From an uncultured Methanoregulaceae archaeon (GTDB taxonomy: Archaea > Halobacteriota > Methanomicrobia > Methanomicrobiales > Methanospirillaceae): DNA of 64,000 nucleotides. The stretch covers positions 32,001-96,000 of the forward strand of contig CAWJAX010000002.1 in assembly GCA_963841015.1 (NCBI GenBank), in the 5' to 3' direction. Below the pieces are notes generated by a model. That model made no database searches. It had not been told where the DNA came from and was given only the letters and a program-made list of their open reading frames with translations. This document shows, one piece after another, positions 1 to 9,079 of this stretch. Made by a program: the position numbers and the translations under genes. The first letter of the stretch is position 1. Every line of letters starts with the position of its first letter.

Positions 1-207
1 GGCAACCCGCTGAGAGAGTGCGTAAATCTTCTTCATCCCGAACCTGCGCATCTCCACCTGTCCTGATACGAGAAGGTTCTCTAAATATCGACCCACCGTG
101 TTGCGGTTGATCCTGGTCTTCTGGGCTATCTGGATGATGGTCATGCCCTGCGGATTCTTATTCAAAATATCCTTTATTTTAGAGGTAATATCTTTGATCA
201 GGACCAT
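1..207 (-). CDS. N-terminal part of an HTH-PAS one-component regulator (runs off the window start)
   Basis: Hand translation from ATG at 207 gives MVLIKDITSKIKDILNKNPQGMTIIQIAQKTRINRNTVGRYLENLLVSGQVEMRRFGMKKIYALSQRVA, a clear paralogue of the N-terminus of 30725..32761. Not in the ORF track. Confidence 0.85.
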   Translation of the reverse strand, partial: MVLIKDITSKIKDILNKNPQGMTIIQIAQKTRINRNTVGRYLENLLVSGQVEMRRFGMKKIYALSQRVA

Positions 208-214
208 GCTGAAA

Positions 215-247
215 ATTCTATTAGCGTGTCAGGATATAATAATTCAG
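215..247 (-). promoter_or_regulatory. Conserved promoter block upstream of the HTH-PAS gene
   Basis: 29/33 nt identical to 32770..32802, upstream of the paralogue. Contains a TATA-like TTATAT about 25-30 nt before the ATG on the minus strand. Confidence 0.6.
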
Positions 248-375
248 GATTACATTTTTTTGTCTGATAATACCCCGGAGAATGGTACCCCCGCCATTGA
301 GACCTGCCAGCAGAACGCGAATAGGTGGGTGTTTTATTGAAAGGTTTATCGTGTTGACGCAATCAAGCGATACAT

Positions 376-1431
376 ATGCGAAGTATCTGGATTCTTGCAA
401 TAGGATTAATTCTGGTAATTTTAGCAGGTGGTTGTACTTCGACTGCTCCATCTGCCCAACCAACAGCCACCTCAACAATAGTGCCGGGAACTACCCCTTT
501 TCCGACTACCCCAAAGGTTACTTCATCGGAAACTGCCGCTATACGAGAGGTCATTCCCTCGTCAACTATCACGCAGACGCTGTATTCAACCAGTGATATC
601 TACAAACACTTTGTTGATATTGCATTCAGTCCGGATTATCCCTCCATTCATAAATGGAACAAAGAATTGGTTCATGTTGCACTTACCGGAAACTATGAGA
701 GCACAGATATAAAAACAATAAATAATTTTCTCCAGGTATTCAACAGTTATTCAAGCACCACAAAATTGCCCAAAGAAGTTCAACAGAGCGAGACACTGGG
801 GGATATCGTTGTAACTTTTTTACCCGAATCATCATTAAACAATATTAATCTGGATACCAGCTGGAAGATTTCAAGAAATCCTGAAAATGGTACGATAAAC
901 TTCATCTATAAAACCAACCCGTTTCAATATGGGGTAATCACCCACACGGTCTATATCAATTCAGATTTAAAGGGGAATGCCCGCACCCATTGGATTTTAC
1001 GATCACTTTTATATGAATTAGGATTCCCTGGAGAGACGGGTATGTACCCGGATAGCATATTTTATTCCGGGTCTGACACGGTGACTTCATTGAGCAAAAT
1101 CGATTTAAAAGCATTGGAATTGATGTATAGCACAAAAATTTCCAATGGCATGTCTCTCAATAAAATAAGAGAAATTCTTGTGATCGATTCATCGGAAACA
1201 GCACCGATCGCGAGCCCGGTCCTGTCGACACCGACCCCCCGGGCTACATCTGTGCCATCAGCAGCACCGACACACCCGTCCGTTCAGGAAGGCACCACGA
1301 GTGCACCAGCCGAAGCGATACCCTCACCTGCAGCGATACCGGAAAGTCCGATACGGCCCCTCTACCTAGCGATTGCAGGGCTGTTTGTCGTGAGTGTCGG
1401 GATTGGGATCTATGCCTGGAAGAACTGGTAA
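376..1431 (+). CDS. DUF2927-like secreted/lipoprotein with Pro/Thr linkers and a C-terminal membrane anchor
   Basis: Signal peptide ending LAGGC; P/T-rich linkers; core RTHWILRSLLYELGFPG..YPDSIFY; C-terminal hydrophobic helix. Confidence 0.65.
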   Translation: MRSIWILAIGLILVILAGGCTSTAPSAQPTATSTIVPGTTPFPTTPKVTSSETAAIREVIPSSTITQTLYSTSDIYKHFVDIAFSPDYPSIHKWNKELVHVALTGNYESTDIKTINNFLQVFNSYSSTTKLPKEVQQSETLGDIVVTFLPESSLNNINLDTSWKISRNPENGTINFIYKTNPFQYGVITHTVYINSDLKGNARTHWILRSLLYELGFPGETGMYPDSIFYSGSDTVTSLSKIDLKALELMYSTKISNGMSLNKIREILVIDSSETAPIASPVLSTPTPRATSVPSAAPTHPSVQEGTTSAPAEAIPSPAAIPESPIRPLYLAIAGLFVVSVGIGIYAWKNW

Positions 1432-1894
1432 CATATCTTTTTTAATCACTTTCGCCCTGCTAACAATACGTATTGACTATCCTGATGGACTTTTTTGATT
1501 ACGATGAATTTTTCTGAAAAGATACTGACTGCCAAGAACCCGGTGATACCGTCATTCCACGCGGACAGCAGGTTATCCCGGGACCAGCCACCCCGGGCCG
1601 CGGAGGACCTGTATCGGGAATACCTGGCGAAACATCCTGCGACCTCGTCTTATGGGATTTGACCTTATGGTGGCGACTATCAACAGCGTATGCAATAAGA
1701 AGTCTATCATTTTTTACTGATGCTGGAGTGATAGTAACCTTTACAGGAGTTGGAGTTTCTGGACAAATGCGACACAGTAGCAAATACTTACTATGCTTAT
1801 CATAAGTGATTTGGCAGACCTGGATTGCAGTAGTCTGGTTGACTGATTCATTATTATCGGAATACCGGGTGAAACCCGGGTAAAAGGCATACCA

Positions 1895-2446
1895 ATGAAA
1901 ATCAAATACCCGGAAATTGGCATTTGCGGGCTTTCCTGCAGACTTTGCCCTCATTACCATACTGAAGGTGCAAGCAGGTGCGGTGGATGTAAAACAGAAT
2001 CCAGAATGGGTGCCGGGTGCCCGTTTATCACGTGTTCCCAAAAAAAAGGAATTGAATTCTGCTGGGATTGCGAGGAAAAGAAAACCTGTGAAAAATGGGT
2101 GAAGCACCGAAAAGCCGCAAAAAAAGCCGATTCATTCAAATGTTACCAAAAACTCGAAGAGGATATTGCGTTTATCCAGAAGAACGGGGCAGGCGAGTTT
2201 GAAGAAACCCAAAAAAAGAGAGAATACCTGCTGAAAGAGATGTTGCGGGAATTTAATGAAGGACGTTCAAAAAGCTACTATTGCATAGCAGTTACCATTA
2301 TGGAAATTGAAGAATTGGAAGAAGCATTAACTCAGGCTCATACGCTTTCTGATGGATTGGAAATTAAAGGGAAATCAAAAGTTCTTCATTCGATACTGGA
2401 TGAAATTGCGGAGCAAAGGAACTATTTTTTAAAATTGAGGAAATGA
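1895..2446 (+). CDS. DUF3795 family Cys-rich protein
   Basis: IGICGLSCRLCP, CGGCK, CPFITC, FCWDC motifs. Confidence 0.8.
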   Translation: MKIKYPEIGICGLSCRLCPHYHTEGASRCGGCKTESRMGAGCPFITCSQKKGIEFCWDCEEKKTCEKWVKHRKAAKKADSFKCYQKLEEDIAFIQKNGAGEFEETQKKREYLLKEMLREFNEGRSKSYYCIAVTIMEIEELEEALTQAHTLSDGLEIKGKSKVLHSILDEIAEQRNYFLKLRK

Positions 2447-2592
2447 GGGTCTGATAACGTAACGGGACCCCATGCTGGTTGTATTGTGCTGATACATGAC
2501 GGGACTTTTATAAATTTTTTATTGAGAAAAACTCTCATATTTTTCTAAAATTTGACAAGGTATATGTTTTCGTGGAAAAAGAGAAACGAACT

Positions 2593-2727
2593 ATGACTGA
2601 TAATCCAGATGATACCCCAAACAATATCTTTGATGATCCGCCTCAGGAATGGCGATTGAACTCCCATGACGAAAGTGCAGCCCGGCGTGCTCTCTATGCT
2701 GCCAGGATGCAATTGCATGAAGAGTGA
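2593..2727 (+). CDS. Small hypothetical protein (44 aa)
   Basis: ATG..TGA ORF MTDNPDDTPNNIFDDPPQEWRLNSHDESAARRALYAARMQLHEE after an AT-rich promoter-like stretch; below the ORF-track cutoff. Confidence 0.3.
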   Translation: MTDNPDDTPNNIFDDPPQEWRLNSHDESAARRALYAARMQLHEE

Positions 2728-3012
2728 CCAAATCTAAAAAAGATCCTGATGCCGCCTGCGTCTGGGTGATGGATAGAGGACATATAGTTCCGAAATTTAC
2801 CTTAGTAACAATTGAAAAAATACAAACCATAGGAATATTACGTAAATTAGTTTTTTTTACGACTGATAATTATCTGAACAGGTTCATGTTTAAAATGAAT
2901 TTTTAAAAGAAACCATGAAGTAAAAGAGATTGCCGGGGGCTCACCGGTTTGTTGAACAAGGGCATAAAAAGGGCAATGTCGTAATAAGAGTGGAAAAGGA
3001 TGAAAAGGAACA

Positions 3013-3543
3013 GTGAAAAAAATGCAAAAGAATGGAGATAATCTCAAAGAATCGCCGCAGGTGAAATCCCTGGTGGTTGTATTCTCTTACCATCATAACA
3101 ATACAGAGAAGATCGCAAACGCCTGTGCAAACGTGCTTGGTGCCAAGGTCAAAACACCGCAGCAGGTCAGGCCAGAAGAGATCGCGGAGTACGACCTGGT
3201 CGGTTTCGGCTCGGGAATCTACAGCGCAACATTCGATCCGTCTGTCCTTGACCTTGCCGACCGGCTGCCAAACGCTGCGGGAAAGAAAGCCTTCCTCTTC
3301 TCGACCTACGGGGCACCGGCCTTTATTGCAAACATGAAGTTCATCGAAAAGAATCACCGTCAGATAAGGGAAAAGCTCCAGGCAAAAGGGTACACGGTTA
3401 TCGGGGAATTCGGGTGTGCAGGGTGGAACACGAACAGTTTTCTCCGGTTCTTTGGAGGGCTGAACAAGGGCAGACCCAATGCCGAAGACCTCAGGAATGC
3501 AGAAGAGTTTGCCCGGAGCGTGAAGGGGAAAGCCCGGGGCTAA
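3013..3543 (+). CDS. Flavodoxin family protein
   Basis: SYHHNNTEKIA, YDLVGFGSGIY, AFLFSTYG, GEFGCAG, GRPNAEDL motifs; the true start may be slightly downstream. Confidence 0.85.
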   Translation: MKKMQKNGDNLKESPQVKSLVVVFSYHHNNTEKIANACANVLGAKVKTPQQVRPEEIAEYDLVGFGSGIYSATFDPSVLDLADRLPNAAGKKAFLFSTYGAPAFIANMKFIEKNHRQIREKLQAKGYTVIGEFGCAGWNTNSFLRFFGGLNKGRPNAEDLRNAEEFARSVKGKARG

Positions 3544-3667
3544 GTGGCCATCACTAAAGTAGCAAACCCTGACAAAGTAGTGGACCGACTACCATCCGGG
3601 GGGATTATTCCGGGAATGGGGGAGATGAGTCTAGCTGAAACATAGAGAAATTATGAATTTATTCCCT

Positions 3668-4003
3668 CTAATGTGAAATCTCAAGCCAGACAGCTGGTTG
3701 GTTGCCTATAGTCCAGCCATCATGTCCCGGTGGAATTGAGCCTACATCACCGGGGCCAAATATCTCTTCTTTCCCATCATCCATACGAACACCCAGTCTG
3801 CCCGAGATGACATACAGAATATGGTCCTTTTGACAGCTGTTCGTTTTCTGGACGGGTTTTAAGTGCTTTGACCACTGCCATCCGGGTTCGGTAGTGACCC
3901 GGCGGAGTGTGAGACCCCTGATGGTAACAGCCTCCATTTTCAACTTTTCGGGCGTATTTGTTTCTTCCGGCTGATTCAGACTTTTTTTCTCCATTGCTGG
4001 CAT
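3668..4003 (-). CDS. Cupin domain protein
   Basis: PGWQWSKH..CQKDH..YVISGRL..GPGDVGSIPPGHDGW cupin motifs. Confidence 0.85.
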   Translation of the reverse strand: MPAMEKKSLNQPEETNTPEKLKMEAVTIRGLTLRRVTTEPGWQWSKHLKPVQKTNSCQKDHILYVISGRLGVRMDDGKEEIFGPGDVGSIPPGHDGWTIGNQPAVWLEISH

Positions 4004-4247
4004 GGTTTACTCTCCCTGCTATGAACAAGCCTAAAAAATCTCTGGCTTGATTAGCCAGATGTTCGGGACAACGATAATATATACATTGCGTCAGGTTTTA
4101 CAAACATCCCGTGAAGCGGACAAACGGTTCAGCGGATGATAAAAGAAGGGACCACAACAGGGATTAAAGTCATAATGTCCGACACTCTTATGGCTCTGAA
4201 AGTGATTTCAGGAAAGCTGGATAAATGAATACATTTTTTACTCAATT

Positions 4248-4264
4248 GAATACAATATGTATTC
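4248..4264. promoter_or_regulatory. Palindromic operator candidate directly before the HTH-MNT start
   Basis: GAATACA-ATA-TGTATTC perfect inverted repeat abutting ATG 4265; an extra GAATACA half-site lies at 4227..4233. Confidence 0.55.
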
Positions 4265-4831
4265 ATGCTGGAAGCGATCATCTCATCGAAGACCCGGGTG
4301 AAACTCCTCACCCTATTCCTTCTCAGCCCGGAGCGTGAATATTATGTCCGCGAGATTGTCCGTATGACAGAAGAGAATATCAACGCGGTCCGGAGAGAAC
4401 TGGCAAATCTCGAATCATTTGGTCTCATATCAGGAATGAAAAAGGGAAACCTGCAGTACTATTCCGTCAACCGTGACTTCTTCCTCTACGAGGACCTCCA
4501 GAAGATCCTGCTCAAAACTGAAGGTGTTGCTCGGGTCATCAAAGAAAAAATTACGAACCTGGAAATGATTGACTGCATGTTCATCTATGGATCCTTTGCG
4601 ACGGGAAAAGCAGGAGCAAAGAGCGATATCGACCTTTTCATTGTCGGTGACCTGAATGAGAACCAGCTTATCCCTCTTATCCATGAAAGTGAGCGTGCAA
4701 TAAACCGTGAGATTAACTATACGCTGATGCAGCGCGATGAGATGAGAAAACGAAAGCGGACAGGAGATCCTTTCGTAAAGAATGTAGTGCAGGAACCCAA
4801 GATCATGATCATCGGAACCTGTGATGATTGA
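4265..4831 (+). CDS. Winged-HTH plus minimal nucleotidyltransferase (MNT) antitoxin
   Basis: N-terminal SSKTRVKLL..YVREI..AVRRELANLE wHTH; C-terminal YGSFATG..SDIDLFIVG (GSx10DxD); overlaps the HEPN gene. Confidence 0.85.
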   Translation: MLEAIISSKTRVKLLTLFLLSPEREYYVREIVRMTEENINAVRRELANLESFGLISGMKKGNLQYYSVNRDFFLYEDLQKILLKTEGVARVIKEKITNLEMIDCMFIYGSFATGKAGAKSDIDLFIVGDLNENQLIPLIHESERAINREINYTLMQRDEMRKRKRTGDPFVKNVVQEPKIMIIGTCDD

Positions 4832-5240
4832 AGATCTCCAACGGCAGGGACTTATCAAAACGGTCCCAGTCGATAAGAAAAAAATACAGGATGCACGCGA
4901 TCTCGCGCTGAGGGATATCGTTACCGCCCGCTCTATCCTCGCAAATAATCAGGACTGGGCCTATACCATTGCGTACAATGCAGTGCTTCAGGCCGGGCGG
5001 GCCCTCATGTTCTCACACGGCTACCGTCCGGATGGAGCAAACCAGCATGTTTCTGTGGTGAAATTTGTCGAACTGTATCTTGACAAAAATGACAGCATCA
5101 TTTTCGACCGCATGCGACGGAAGCGGAACAGCTCGGTCTATGACACCGCTGGCTCCATCACGGAAAGTGAAGCGGCGTTTGCCCTCCGTGAGGCAGAGGA
5201 TCTGGTAAAGAAGATCTTTGCTGTTATTGACAAATCCTAA
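4821..5240 (+). CDS. HEPN domain protein (partner of MNT)
   Basis: WAYTIAYNAVLQAGRALM, H-VSVV and RRKRNSSVY (Rx4Y variant); 11-nt overlap with the MNT gene. Confidence 0.85.
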   Translation: MMIEDLQRQGLIKTVPVDKKKIQDARDLALRDIVTARSILANNQDWAYTIAYNAVLQAGRALMFSHGYRPDGANQHVSVVKFVELYLDKNDSIIFDRMRRKRNSSVYDTAGSITESEAAFALREAEDLVKKIFAVIDKS

Positions 5241-5340
5241 AACAGCACTGCATTCTCCGAGAAGAGCGACAATTCCATTGGTTACATTTTGTTCCCCATG
5301 GTTCATTTTTGAACCAACCTGATAGAACTGAGATGGCGGG

Positions 5341-5583
5341 TGAGATGCAGACGCTCGGTCATGTTCACTCGTCCTCGCTGATGCTCCGGCTCGCTTCACA
5401 TAACCTCGCTGTTTCTCGCGGTTGATCGGGCAGACGATGACGCACCCCTACGCTCACAGGTTCGCTTCGGGCTTGCTGTTATGTCTTGCTCCTCACACCA
5501 TGCTCTGCATCGTGTTCGTCGCTGTTGATGGTACACATGCGAAACGCTCGATGAATCGTTTGAGTTGACGTTGGACTGAATGC
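5341..5583. repeat. Dispersed structured non-coding repeat, copy 1 (G.A-mismatch hairpin element)
   Basis: Direct-repeat homologue of 7781..8024, with near-identical blocks separated by variable segments; several hairpins. Confidence 0.8.
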
Positions 5584-5710
5584 CACTATACCGAAAATAT
5601 TCCTGGCAACAACCAGGAATAATTTTACTCTCCCAATAATGGGATAGAAGAGATATCGGACGGATCCGGAGCAATGCGCTTTTATTTCTCCAGGCTAATG
5701 TCTTTATCAG

Positions 5711-7192
5711 ATGCCTCTGGAACACGATCTGGCGGAACGGATCCTGAAGATCCTGAAGTTTCATCCAAGGGGAGTGACCATCACCGATCTGGCCAGAAAA
5801 ACGGATGTGACCCGGGATTTGGTTTCAAGGCAACTGGACATACTGGAAGTCTCCGGCAGGGTTGAACACAGGACTATTGGAGCTGCCAAGGTCTATTATA
5901 CAGCCCAACGCGTTCCCCTTTCTGCCTTTCTCTGTTTCACAAAAAATCTGATCCTGGTACTGGACAACAATCAGAGAATCGTTCAGGTGAATGACCAGTG
6001 CATAAAAACTCTGCATCGTGCAAAAGAAGAGATAGTCGGCAAGACACCCCGGGAAGCAGATATCCCGGTCGTATCAACCCCCGAAGCCCTCTTGGTGATA
6101 GAAAGCCTGGAACGCGAACAGATCATCACCGATCTCCGGTATCGGAACGATGGCCAGGATCTCTTCTTTCAGATGCAGGTAATCCCCACCACATTTGACG
6201 ATGGGGAGAAAGGATGCACCCTGGTGCTTGAGGATATTACCGAAAGGAAAAAATACGTCCGGGATATGGAGTTGCTGGCAAGGACAGCGATGGAACTGGT
6301 CGATATGCCTCCAAAAGCCGATATTTACCAGTATATCGCTGAGCGAATCATTGAAATTGTCCCGAAAGCCAGGGTGTATGTCCAGTCGTATGACGAGGAA
6401 CATACCCAGTTTTCTATCCGGGCTATCGCTGGTCCAGAATTTCACGAAGGGCTCATCTCATTGCTGGGGAGGGATCCCATCGGCATGGTTCTGCCAACGG
6501 CCACGGTCTTCGAGGCACCATTTCAGGTCTCGCTCGGCGATTTTTTCAAGACACGTGAATTTGTAGTCCGTTCAGATTATGGTGGGGAAACTACTTCATT
6601 CTTTGACATTTGCTTCCGGCAAATCCCCCAGGAGATCTGCGACGCAATCCTTGAACGGTTTGGAATAGAACGATTTTATTGCACGGGGCTGATTTGGGAG
6701 AACCATCTCTTTGGACTCGTTGGAATTTTCATGCCTCAGGGGGAGGTGCTTGATGGTCACCAGTCTATTGAATCGTTCATCCGGCAGGCATCCCTCGCAC
6801 TGGCCCAGAGGATGACCGCGGACCGGCTCCGCCGGAGTGAACAAAGGTTTCGTGAAGTCATGGATCTCTCCCCGGGTCCCATGAGTATCATTGATTCCGA
6901 AGGCCGCTATACCTATCTCAACCAGGCATTTACTGGTCTTTTCGGCTATACCCTTGCAGATATCCCCACATGCCGTGCCTGGTTTGACAAGGCTTTTCCG
7001 GACCCGGGATATCGCAAAGAAGTTATCAGCGCCTGGAAAAACGATCTCTCGCAAACTGTTGCAGGACAAGTCCGGCCTCGTATCTATCAGGTCCGGTGCC
7101 GGAACGGGGAGCAAAAGACAATACAGTTCCAGCCGGTCACCCTTAAAGACGGAAACCAATATGTTTCCTATAACGAACTGGCTCTGGATTAA
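5711..7192 (+). CDS. HTH-PAS-GAF-like-PAS one-component regulator
   Basis: N-terminal HTH (HPRGVTITDLARKT..LVSRQLDILEVSGRVE); PAS/PAC motifs (LEDITERK; SEQRFREVMDLSP); no kinase domain. Confidence 0.85.
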   Translation: MPLEHDLAERILKILKFHPRGVTITDLARKTDVTRDLVSRQLDILEVSGRVEHRTIGAAKVYYTAQRVPLSAFLCFTKNLILVLDNNQRIVQVNDQCIKTLHRAKEEIVGKTPREADIPVVSTPEALLVIESLEREQIITDLRYRNDGQDLFFQMQVIPTTFDDGEKGCTLVLEDITERKKYVRDMELLARTAMELVDMPPKADIYQYIAERIIEIVPKARVYVQSYDEEHTQFSIRAIAGPEFHEGLISLLGRDPIGMVLPTATVFEAPFQVSLGDFFKTREFVVRSDYGGETTSFFDICFRQIPQEICDAILERFGIERFYCTGLIWENHLFGLVGIFMPQGEVLDGHQSIESFIRQASLALAQRMTADRLRRSEQRFREVMDLSPGPMSIIDSEGRYTYLNQAFTGLFGYTLADIPTCRAWFDKAFPDPGYRKEVISAWKNDLSQTVAGQVRPRIYQVRCRNGEQKTIQFQPVTLKDGNQYVSYNELALD

Positions 7193-7302
7193 AGACTCTT
7201 AAAAAAAAGGTTCCTCGGCACGAGGTAATAAACGAGAGCAGGCGAGATATTCCTTATTCATTTCCATAATACACCGACCCACTACGAAAAAAATGAGGAG
7301 AT

Positions 7303-7614
7303 TCATTTGCCTTTTGCAACGGCAACAGCTCTGTTAATCGATTCGATAGTCTGATCGACTGACAGGACCGGTTTGATACTGAAGATGATAAACGGCTGAT
7401 ATTTCAGGATATGGGATTGAAGTGATACTTCGTCCCCCTCGGCTATACAGTATCCCGAACCTGCATCGCAGCATGCCCCCCAGTCATTGAACATGCCGGC
7501 CTTTACGTCCGCTTTGACCCATGCAAGCAGGGTCATCCACAACTTTGCCTGTTCTTCAGGATTCGTGGGAATGGTATTTTGATTCTTCCACCACTTGATA
7601 TAAAATTTTGACAT
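7303..7614 (-). CDS. DUF3303-like small protein
   Basis: KFYIKW..IPTNPEE..DWG..GSGYCIAEG..KPVLSVDQ pattern; G-rich RBS upstream. Confidence 0.6.
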   Translation of the reverse strand: MSKFYIKWWKNQNTIPTNPEEQAKLWMTLLAWVKADVKAGMFNDWGACCDAGSGYCIAEGDEVSLQSHILKYQPFIIFSIKPVLSVDQTIESINRAVAVAKGK

Positions 7615-7635
7615 CGTTCATACCCCCAATTTCAG

Positions 7636-7725
7636 CAATACTGCTCTGACGAAGGCTGAATACGACTTAAAAAGAAAGGTGACGCTCAGCAACCGTTATC
7701 TCTGATAATCGCGTCAGAGTAGTTG
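7636..7725. promoter_or_regulatory. Candidate structured 5' leader (three-way junction) of the 7303..7614 gene
   Basis: Stems 7641-7651/7712-7722, GCTGA/TCAGC (7655-59/7686-90) and TTATC/GATAA (7696-7700/7704-08); lies between the TATA-like 7741..7750 and ATG 7614. Confidence 0.4.
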
Positions 7726-7780
7726 ATAATATTTTTCTAATATTATAATAGTTTTGATTCAATAAAATTACTTAAGCAAT

Positions 7781-8024
7781 TGAGACAATGACGCTCGATC
7801 ATGTTCACTCGTCCTCGCTGATGCTCCGGCTCACTTCACATAACCTCGCTGTTTTATCGCGGTTGACCTGTTGGGATGATGACGCCCCTGGCTTATCGTA
7901 ATACTCGCTTCGAGCGGCTGCCCCAGCCCGCTCCTCACACCATGCTTCGCATCGTGTTCGTCGCTATTGATCGTACTCATGTATACGCTCAGTGACTTGT
8001 TCGCGTTCGACCTCTCGCTGATGC
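7781..8024. repeat. Dispersed structured non-coding repeat, copy 2
   Basis: Homologue of 5341..5583 at an offset of about 2440 bp, same orientation. Confidence 0.8.
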
Positions 8025-8114
8025 GTTCGGTAACCGATCCAGTCCCCGACCGGTGAAATAAAAAATTACCGCAAAAACGGGGGGCGATACGATGAAGATA
8101 ATAAGGAAATGTGC

Positions 8115-8309
8115 TTATTCTGATGTGTCGGGAGAGGCATCTTCAGGATCCCGTTGGGTTTCTGATTTCTCAGAATCAGGAATACCTCTCCGCCTTTTCT
8201 GCCTGTTCAATCGCAGCTGCGTTGCCCGCATTGTTCTTGTTGCTACAGTCGAAAAAATAATGCTCATAACTCGCGCTTCTCTGTACGTATATGGGATTGC
8301 ATCATACAT
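8115..8309 (-). CDS. Hypothetical protein
   Basis: 64-aa ORF downstream of and co-oriented with the META gene; no recognisable motif. Confidence 0.3.
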   Translation of the reverse strand: MYDAIPYTYREARVMSIIFSTVATRTMRATQLRLNRQKRRRGIPDSEKSETQRDPEDASPDTSE

Positions 8310-8380
8310 TGTTTTTTAGGTTTACACAAACGAACACGAATCACAGAAAAATCAAAAAAAATAGTGGGGTTGTTACTTTT

Positions 8381-8896
8381 CTAGACCTTATCGTACGACA
8401 ACTCGGCTAAACCAGCGCCCCTGAGCAGCATCTTGTTATTGGTGATTGAGTAGGTCTTGGTTTGCTGGAGAATTGAAAGATAGCTGGATTCCAGATTAGC
8501 GGTATCAGCACAGTACATTGCAGTCGATGCAAGGGGCCCTATGGTAATAGTTTTTCCAAATTCCGTGGTATTCCCGGTAAGTTTGTAGCCGCCATTGTAA
8601 TTGTTGCATCCGCTAAAACCGCTCAGGGTCCCGTCATTGTTAAACTTCAGGGTGATCTGGACATTATTGGGAACAACGGGCATCGATCCCCCGACGGTTG
8701 CTCCCTTGAAATTCCAGTTACCGGTAAGTGCCGGGTCCGTTGCGGGCCCTGAAATGACAATTATGGTAGATGTGGGTACGGGTGTAGGTGCTGGTGTTGG
8801 CACAGGAGTCGGTACTGGTGCGGGTGTTGTTGTGCATCCTGCAACGAGAATGCCCACAAACAAAACTGCACAAACCAGAAGCAGTAAAGATTTCAT
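8381..8896 (-). CDS. META (HslJ-like) domain lipoprotein
   Basis: Lipobox LVAGC, PT linker, ITLKF..GTLSGFSGCNNYNGGY..GPLASTAMYC..ESSYLSIL. Confidence 0.85.
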   Translation of the reverse strand: MKSLLLLVCAVLFVGILVAGCTTTPAPVPTPVPTPAPTPVPTSTIIVISGPATDPALTGNWNFKGATVGGSMPVVPNNVQITLKFNNDGTLSGFSGCNNYNGGYKLTGNTTEFGKTITIGPLASTAMYCADTANLESSYLSILQQTKTYSITNNKMLLRGAGLAELSYDKV

Positions 8897-9079
8897 AGCA
8901 CAGAATAACCTGATGCTCTATTAATACTTATGGCCATCCCACTATTCAACGCAGGGCATAGTCAACTGGCCCGGATGATATTCCCAATCTGTTTCCTCAG
9001 TATTGAACTAAAAAATGAAGATCTCGGATCGGGAATAATTTATAATCATAATCAAACGTCATAATCTATTCAAAAGAGG

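Noticed and set aside
1504-1662. 52-aa ORF ending AAEDLYREYLAKHP, faintly like an MsrA C-terminus
   Set aside because: Similarity is too weak and no catalytic motif is present.
5398-5484. Integron attC-like ACATAAC...GTTATGT in repeat copy 1
   Set aside because: No complementary L''/L' boxes, copy 2 lacks the GTTATGT end, and no integron integrase is in the window.
7644-7700. Hammerhead (CUGACGA) or SAM-I (CAGCAACC) riboswitch motifs
   Set aside because: No GAAA core or SAM-I P1/P2 consensus; CUGACG is tied up in the closing stem.
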